Below are positions 35,974-41,801 of a DNA stretch of 64,000 nucleotides, in pieces. A program made the position numbers and the translations under genes. The notes under the pieces were generated by a model. That model ran no database searches, was not told the origin of the DNA, and saw only the letters and a list, made by a program, of their open reading frames with translations. Position 1 is the first letter of the stretch; each line of letters opens with the position of its first letter. Source of the stretch: a virus; IMG/VR virus record IMGVR_UViG_3300044643_000612, positions 20,338 through 84,337 of that record; one strand, written 5' to 3'.

Positions 35974-36471
35974 ATGGCAGTCAACGGCGTTGGGCGCCCG
36001 CACTCGTTTCGGGTGGAAGTTGGCGACGCGATTTGTGAGCGGCTGGTTAATGGCGAGTCGCTAAGGGCGATTTGCCGGGATCCTGAAATGCCGACCGTTG
36101 GCGTTGTGCTAAGGTGGGTAGCTGAGGGGGACGTCCCGGCGGATGAAAGCGGGAAGGGGCTGAGCGATGCACATACCGCTCTCCGCCGATTCCGCGAACA
36201 ATACCTGCGCGCTCGCCAGGAACAGGCCGACGTGTTGGCGGATGAGATTATCGACATTGCCGATCGCGCCACGGATCCGCAGCTTGCCCGCCTCCAAATC
36301 GATTCTCGCAAGTGGTATGCCGGCAAGGTGCGTCCGAAGGTCTATGGCGAGGGCATTGCGCTAAGGCATACTGGCGCCGACGGATCCGGCGCCGTCCAGG
36401 TCGACGTCAACGCCAAATCGGCCCTTGTCGACGGGATCCTAGACGCCATGAAAAAGGCGCCCGGCGGTTAA
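35974..36471 (+). CDS. terS: Terminase small subunit (Sf6-like)
   Basis: ICERLVNGESLRAIC...P...RW...QYLRAR..QAD.LADEIIDIAD...RLQIDSRKWYAGKVRPKVYG signature. Confidence 0.85.
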   Translation: MAVNGVGRPHSFRVEVGDAICERLVNGESLRAICRDPEMPTVGVVLRWVAEGDVPADESGKGLSDAHTALRRFREQYLRARQEQADVLADEIIDIADRATDPQLARLQIDSRKWYAGKVRPKVYGEGIALRHTGADGSGAVQVDVNAKSALVDGILDAMKKAPGG

Positions 36472-36513
36472 GCCGGGCGCCCCTTGGCGCGACCTGCTAG
36501 GCCAGGCTAGGCC

Positions 36514-36963
36514 CTAGTCTTCGTCGCCGGCCCGGTAGTCCCGCTCCCTCTCGGCGGCATACTCCGCCGCACAATGCGCGGCGCTGGCGGCGCTTTCCGC
36601 GTCGGGATAGACCTCCGGCTCCAATGTCCCGCACATGTTCGCCCCCATGGTCCATCCCGCGAGGAAGCCGCGGCCAGATGGAAGCCGCGCGATAATCGGC
36701 TCTAACGTCGTGTCTTGGTAGTCGTCGGCATAGTAGCCAGACACATAGCGGCGCCGGTCCTGTATGTGGTCGTTCGCGTCTTCGAGTCGCAGGGCAAGGG
36801 AAGAGCCGCGAGGATCCATCGTCAGGGCGTGCGCGCCGCTATAGAAGCCGCGGCCCTTGCCCGGCGCTGACGGGCGCCACCTGTAGGGTCCAACATAGCG
36901 CCGCGCCGTTTTGCGGTCCGCAAGCGGGCGCCCGTAGTCTAGCAAGGTGATTGTGTCGAACAT
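36514..36963 (-). CDS. Hypothetical protein
   Basis: SD GGAGA plus repeated leader element. Confidence 0.6.
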   Translation of the reverse strand: MFDTITLLDYGRPLADRKTARRYVGPYRWRPSAPGKGRGFYSGAHALTMDPRGSSLALRLEDANDHIQDRRRYVSGYYADDYQDTTLEPIIARLPSGRGFLAGWTMGANMCGTLEPEVYPDAESAASAAHCAAEYAAERERDYRAGDED

Positions 36964-37067
36964 GCTCTGTCTCCAATGTAGCTAGGCCACGTCGGCCCTA
37001 CGCCAAAGGGACCGCACGCGCGTGGCGCCGGTCCCGATAGGCGGTCTGCCCGCTATGTGCGGCGCTG

Positions 37068-37304
37068 CTAGGCGTAGGGCGTGGCAAGAGCCTCTTCTAG
37101 CGTCGGGCGCCATGGTGCCGCCTCGTCAACGAATGACCAAGCCTCCGCTTCCTCGCATTCCATATCTAGCCAACACAGTGCGAAGCCTTCGGCGCGACGA
37201 ATAACGAACGCGCCATCCGCGCATTGCGTCCCCTCAGACGGGACCGCAACCACAGTTGCCTGAAGCCCATTGGCATACTCTATCTCTTGTCCCGTGCGAT
37301 ACAT
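37068..37304 (-). CDS. Hypothetical protein
   Basis: TAATG coupling to the upstream gene. SD GGAGG. Confidence 0.55.
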   Translation of the reverse strand: MYRTGQEIEYANGLQATVVAVPSEGTQCADGAFVIRRAEGFALCWLDMECEEAEAWSFVDEAAPWRPTLEEALATPYA

Positions 37305-37594
37305 TATGCGCGCCCTCCGGTCATTTCCCGCCACGCTTGCCAAGCGCGATTCCAAGTGTCCATATCCGACTCCGCTTGCTCGTCACACTCAGGAAACTCC
37401 CTGCCCGTGACGCGCTGATAGGCGTCAAGCATTGTCATGTTCGCATCGCAGAAATCGTGCGAGGCGCAAGCGCAAGCGTAGTCAGGTCGCAAATTCCGGC
37501 GCCGGACCTCGGCATAATTGAAAGCGCCAATGTCGAGGCGCAATTGGACATCAAACGCTTTGGCCAGGGCTTGTTCTGTTTCGGTGTAGGTCAT
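37304..37594 (-). CDS. Hypothetical protein (CASHDFCDAN motif)
   Basis: Conserved-looking Cys/His motif. Repeated leader element upstream. Confidence 0.6.
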   Translation of the reverse strand: MTYTETEQALAKAFDVQLRLDIGAFNYAEVRRRNLRPDYACACASHDFCDANMTMLDAYQRVTGREFPECDEQAESDMDTWNRAWQAWREMTGGRA

Positions 37595-37794
37595 GGCGTC
37601 ATGCTCCCGTCTATCTAGGCCACGTCGGCCCTACGCCATAGGCTCATATCCTAGCCGCCGACGCAAGCGATTAGTTGCGCCGCACCTATGCGGCGGATTG
37701 TCGCACCTAGCTAAGGGGAAGCTACTCTTTATAAATGCACGCAAGGCGGGCGCCCGGCGCCGCACGTGCGACACTATGCCGCGGCGACTAAGGC

Positions 37795-37823
37795 TTGACG
37801 CCATGGGCCGGCTGGCCTAGGAT
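37795..37823 (+). promoter_or_regulatory. Putative sigma70-type rightward promoter
   Basis: TTGACG-17 nt-TAGGAT upstream of the + strand gene run starting at 37949. Confidence 0.5.
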
Positions 37824-37948
37824 CCTCTGGCGTGTAGGGCCTTTGGCCCGGACCCCTATACCCCACCTGGGAACAGCGGTCTGGTGCTGGCATGGCCAGA
37901 GATAATTTTTGCAACAGCCCACCCTCAAAGGGCTAACAAGGAGACAAC

Positions 37949-38185
37949 ATGATAGATACTACGTTCATCAGCATGACGCCCGAAGGCATACGCACGGCGC
38001 TGGCCGTCATTCCGGACAGCGACCGCCTCACCCTCGTGAAGGGCGAGGGGTTTGACGCCTGGCGCGCGGACACCACCCCCGTGTCGCTCGTGTTCGGCGA
38101 GCCCACCGTGCCGAAGCGCGACGCCGACATGGCAGCCCTCGTCGAGCACATCCGCGCATGGCTCGACGGCAAGGAGACGCCGTGA
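37949..38185 (+). CDS. Hypothetical protein
   Basis: SD AAGGAG. First gene of the + strand run. Confidence 0.6.
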   Translation: MIDTTFISMTPEGIRTALAVIPDSDRLTLVKGEGFDAWRADTTPVSLVFGEPTVPKRDADMAALVEHIRAWLDGKETP

Positions 38186-38658
38186 TGCCTGACGTCCCCG
38201 ACGACTACTGGCTCCGCCGCGCCGGCGTGCTCACCGAGGAGGACGACGCCGGGTGGATCCCGCACGACGGCGGTTCGTGCCCGGTGCCCTCGGGCACGCA
38301 CGTCGTCCTACGGCGCCAAGACGGCAAGGAGTTAGCAGGACCCGCGGGCCGCTTTGGGTGGCAGTGGGGCGTGGAGCTTTGCGAGGACTGCGACATCGCC
38401 GCCTACCGCGTCCTCGACAGCGAGCAGCCCGCCTCCCCCAAGCCCACCCCGCCCAACGCCCACTACCGCCAGGGCGACATCGAGTGCATCGACGCGATCC
38501 GCGCAGCCCTGACCGACGAGGAGTGGCGCGGCTATTGCAAGGGCAACGTGCTGAAGTACGTCTGGCGCGAGAAGCACAAGGGCGGCAACGAGACCCTCGT
38601 CAAGGCGCAGGACTACCTGCGCTGGGCGGTGGCGGGCAAGGCGGAGGGCAAGCGATGA
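38185..38658 (+). CDS. DUF3310 domain protein
   Basis: HYRQGDIECIDAI...YCKGNVLKYVWR..HKGG...KAQDYL motif, with an N-terminal WIPHDGG.CPV domain. Confidence 0.85.
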   Translation: MPDVPDDYWLRRAGVLTEEDDAGWIPHDGGSCPVPSGTHVVLRRQDGKELAGPAGRFGWQWGVELCEDCDIAAYRVLDSEQPASPKPTPPNAHYRQGDIECIDAIRAALTDEEWRGYCKGNVLKYVWREKHKGGNETLVKAQDYLRWAVAGKAEGKR

Positions 38659-38873
38659 AGCTGTCTGAAATCCTGCTCACGATCGCCTTCTTTCCCGCCG
38701 GGGCGGCCTTCATCGCGTGGCTTTTGGTCGAGGCGGCCTTCGCGTGGAGGCTTGTTTGGCCCCGGCTGTTCACTTGCGGGCGGTTGAACTCCGACGGCTG
38801 GATGGCTGTCGCGATGCTCGCGACCCTCGCGCTTGCTGTGCTGGGCGCCACCCTTCGACACTTTGGGGCCTAA
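38655..38873 (+). CDS. Small membrane protein
   Basis: Two hydrophobic segments. ATGA overlap. Confidence 0.55.
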   Translation: MKLSEILLTIAFFPAGAAFIAWLLVEAAFAWRLVWPRLFTCGRLNSDGWMAVAMLATLALAVLGATLRHFGA

Positions 38874-38949
38874 CCCATGACCGACCGCAACTGGCCAATG
38901 GTGGCCGGTTACGCACCTTTGAGGCCGACAAGTGGCCTGGAGAGACAAC

Positions 38950-39288
38950 ATGACTGAATGGATCAAGCACGACGGCGGACCCCAGCCGGTCGCGGATGAT
39001 GTGTGGGTAGAGTGCGCTCCCTTCACAGGGGGTCAGGCCGAGGCTCTCAAGGCCGGTGTTGATCCGAGCCTGTGGAATTACAAGTTTTTCTACCGCATCC
39101 TCAACCAGCACCTGATCGACGCCGCCCGCATAGAAGGCATCCGGGATGGGCTAGAGGCTGCACATATGGCCATTGGCAAGGAACTGAACGACAAGACGCC
39201 ATTGGAAGTGGCCGCTACAATTATGCGGGCGGAGATAACGATTGTGGAACTAGACCCCGAGACCATCGCAAAGGAGACTGCACGATGA
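38950..39288 (+). CDS. Hypothetical protein (WIKHDGGPQPV domain)
   Basis: N-terminus is related to the domain in 38185..38658. Confidence 0.6.
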   Translation: MTEWIKHDGGPQPVADDVWVECAPFTGGQAEALKAGVDPSLWNYKFFYRILNQHLIDAARIEGIRDGLEAAHMAIGKELNDKTPLEVAATIMRAEITIVELDPETIAKETAR

Positions 39289-39752
39289 CTGAACCCGACG
39301 AGGCCCTGCTATGGGCGAGGGGGCAAACCGACGCACCCAGCCTACACCTTGTGTTGGGGCAAACCGAGACACCCGGCCTACACCTTATTATGGCCCACGG
39401 CTACCGCGCCGGGCAGGCCGCATCCGCCGAGAGGATCAAGGCGCTGGAGGAGGCTCTGGCGAAGGCGAACAAGCCCGAATGGTTCTATGGCGACCATGAG
39501 GCGTCTCCCGCCGACTCTGTGGATGAAGTCATTGAGGAAGCCCTTGAATGGGGCCTTCTCGGAGAGGCGGAACCGGGCCACATAGAAGTGTTTCAGATCA
39601 ACACGGCCCGCCCCTGCGCAACCGTTTGGGCCGTTGTTCGCATTCTCACAGTGGATGAGCGCGAGGCCCGCGACGACGGCTTTCTGTTTGACGTGACGGA
39701 GTGCGCCACGGAAGCCGAAGCCGAGGCCCTGCTCAAGGAGGCTGACCAGTGA
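39285..39752 (+). CDS. Hypothetical cassette protein
   Basis: RIKALEEAL module. Ends LLKEADQ. Confidence 0.6.
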   Translation: MTEPDEALLWARGQTDAPSLHLVLGQTETPGLHLIMAHGYRAGQAASAERIKALEEALAKANKPEWFYGDHEASPADSVDEVIEEALEWGLLGEAEPGHIEVFQINTARPCATVWAVVRILTVDEREARDDGFLFDVTECATEAEAEALLKEADQ

Positions 39753-40012
39753 GTGATGATATTTTTGACCGGGCGCTGGATCGACGGAATGCCCTTATTA
39801 AAGAGCAACGCCGCAGGATCAAGGCGCTGGAGGAGGCTTTGCGGGGGCTGGCAAGCGCATCCACTGAGAGGATCGGGGCGCTGGAGGAGGCGTTGCGGGA
39901 AGTGATCGAAGATTACGATTGGGTCCAAGGCGGACCCGGTGATCGAGATTGGAACGTCCTCGACAACACCATAATTCGCGCCCGCAATCTGCTCAAGGAG
40001 GCTGACCAGTGA
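39749..40012 (+). CDS. Hypothetical cassette protein
   Basis: GTG start inside the boundary motif. Two RIxALEEALR modules. Ends LLKEADQ. Confidence 0.6.
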   Translation: MSDDIFDRALDRRNALIKEQRRRIKALEEALRGLASASTERIGALEEALREVIEDYDWVQGGPGDRDWNVLDNTIIRARNLLKEADQ

Positions 40013-40188
40013 AGATTTCTATTCGTCTCTCACAAACAGCACTGCCGATAACGATTAACAATGTAGTCAACACCAACACCAAGGGGCTATTCTACTGCGT
40101 TTATACAGAAGACGGAATCGTTCGGAAGTTTCCAATAATAACAATCTTCGACGTAACTGAGGGTTACAAGGAGGCTGCCAGTGAGTGA
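40009..40188 (+). CDS. Small AT-rich cassette protein
   Basis: Open frame MKISIRLSQ...GYKEAASE between two boundary motifs. Confidence 0.5.
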   Translation: MKISIRLSQTALPITINNVVNTNTKGLFYCVYTEDGIVRKFPIITIFDVTEGYKEAASE

Positions 40189-40336
40189 CGATGAACGCAT
40201 TGAGGCACTGGAGGAGGAACTGGCTGTCGCGCTTATGCAAGTGAGCCTGTGGGCGCAGGCGCGGAGATATCAAATCGGCGGAATACCGACTACCGACGCC
40301 TTCCGGGCCCCGCGCTCTGCTCAATGAGGCTGACCA

Positions 40337-40687
40337 GTGAACAGCGCGAACTTAAGGATGGCGGTTATCACTTACAACGCCACGCTTCTTAACCAGTCAC
40401 AGGACAGTCGCGACCAACCCGCCGCTATGCGCGCCGCGCTTGCCCCGTTTCTTGAGCGCATCAAGCAACTAGAGGGCGAAAACGCAGAGTTAAAAGATTG
40501 GCGACGCAGGGCCGAAAAGATGATGTCCGTCATGAAGGCAAATGCAATCGACAACATCAACTCTCGGGCGCGGCCCCTGACCGGATTTGTTTCCACCTTG
40601 ACCGCAGAACAGAAGGAAGCGGCGATGTCGTATGAAGGTGACGACCACCACGGACCCGAGACCACCGCCAAGGAGGCTGACCAGTGA
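40337..40687 (+). CDS. Hypothetical cassette protein
   Basis: GTG start in the boundary motif. ERIKQLE module. Ends AKEADQ. Confidence 0.6.
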   Translation: MNSANLRMAVITYNATLLNQSQDSRDQPAAMRAALAPFLERIKQLEGENAELKDWRRRAEKMMSVMKANAIDNINSRARPLTGFVSTLTAEQKEAAMSYEGDDHHGPETTAKEADQ

Positions 40688-40727
40688 GGCTAATGGTTGG
40701 GCGCACGACACGAAAGGACCCTTGGTC

Positions 40728-40907
40728 ATGATGATTTCTCAAGAGACCTGCCTGCTGCTCATGCTCGTTATCGGCATGATATCTACTCTGGGTTTTCAAT
40801 GGTGGCCTGACTGGACAAAAGTGCAGCGGCGGCTGTCCATCTTGTGGATTGTGTTCTGGCTTGGCCCGCCTCTGTATTTCGTCTGGACCAAAGGAGTGCT
40901 GGGATGA
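40728..40907 (+). CDS. Small membrane protein
   Basis: Two hydrophobic helices. Confidence 0.5.
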   Translation: MMISQETCLLLMLVIGMISTLGFQWWPDWTKVQRRLSILWIVFWLGPPLYFVWTKGVLG

Positions 40908-41077
40908 CCTATCCGCCCGAACTGCAAGCCTACTACGACGCCCACGACCGAATGATGAATCAGGAGCGGACCGCAGATCAATTGGCGTGGTGGCCTGTCC
41001 AATACGGCTACTACAAGGTCGCCCGATACAACGCTGTCAAGGCTGGCTATCTGCCCGAGACGCCGGAGTTTGGCTAA
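40904..41077 (+). CDS. Hypothetical protein
   Basis: SD AAGGAG. ATGA overlap. Confidence 0.5.
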   Translation: MTYPPELQAYYDAHDRMMNQERTADQLAWWPVQYGYYKVARYNAVKAGYLPETPEFG

Positions 41078-41271
41078 TGGTTGGGCGCACGACGTGGACG
41101 GAAGAACAGCACGCTAAGGTGGTGGAGCTGTGGGAGGCGGGGCATACCGCTGCCGAGATAGGTAAAGAGATGGGCAAGACCCGGAACGCCATCCTCGGAC
41201 ACGTTAACCGGAGAGGTATTAGCCGTAACGGAGCCCTCCAGTCGTGGTGGAGGAAGCCGGATGAAGGTTAA
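41077..41271 (+). CDS. Short GcrA-like protein (N-terminal HTH only)
   Basis: WTEEQ...LWEAGHTAAEIG...TRNAILG..NRRGI. Lacks the Cys-rich C-domain. Confidence 0.75.
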   Translation: MVGRTTWTEEQHAKVVELWEAGHTAAEIGKEMGKTRNAILGHVNRRGISRNGALQSWWRKPDEG

Positions 41272-41509
41272 GGAGGTTCACGCCGGGAGACTGTACCGGG
41301 TAAAAAAGACTAAACTTAGCGAGTATGATTTCGTAAAGGGCGGCGGACATCTGTGGGTAGCAGAAGAGTCTGGAAACCTAATGTCGGGGAACGTTTACGT
41401 CGCAAAGGCCTACTTGTTTCGTTCTGTGGCTACTGGAGTAGTCATTCGCGCGAACGGAATACTTTTTGACTCTCTTGGGCTGGAGGAAGCCGATGGCGGC
41501 GACACCTGA
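41261..41509 (+). CDS. Hypothetical protein
   Basis: SD GGAGG. In the operon chain. Confidence 0.5.
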   Translation: MKVKEVHAGRLYRVKKTKLSEYDFVKGGGHLWVAEESGNLMSGNVYVAKAYLFRSVATGVVIRANGILFDSLGLEEADGGDT

Positions 41510-41801
41510 GAAGAAGGTTAAGGCCCGGGTGGAGGCCATGCTCAAGGCGAAGGGGGTTTACTATTTCTTCCCGGCTACGCATGGTTACGGGCGGAGCGGA
41601 GTCCCTGACATCATCGCCTGCGACCGGGGACGGTTCCTCGCCATAGAGTGCAAGGCTGCGGGGGGTAAGCTTACGGCGCTACAGGAGCGGGAGATTACCC
41701 GTATTAGAGTAGAAGGCGGCGTGGCACTCGTCATCCACGAAGACAACTTCCACGAGTTAGAGCAAGCGTTAGAGCAAGCGCTGGAGTATACATGCCTTTA
41801 A
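41493..41801 (+). CDS. VRR-NUC domain nuclease
   Basis: TPEKKVK, SGVPDII, IECKA and LQ motifs. Confidence 0.85.
   Translation: MAATPEKKVKARVEAMLKAKGVYYFFPATHGYGRSGVPDIIACDRGRFLAIECKAAGGKLTALQEREITRIRVEGGVALVIHEDNFHELEQALEQALEYTCL

Larger units (their letters stand above)
39729..40687 (+). repeat. Five dispersed copies of the gene-boundary motif (CTGCT)CAAGGAGGCTGACCAGTGA
   Basis: Copies at 39729-39752, 39989-40012, 40167-40184 (1-nt deletion), 40317-40340 (1 mismatch) and 40669-40687. Confidence 0.9.

Noticed and set aside
39729-40687. CRISPR-like repeats
   Set aside because: Spacing is 150-350 bp and irregular, the intervals are protein-coding, and no cas operon is present. The Cas4-like nucleases are ordinary phage replication genes.
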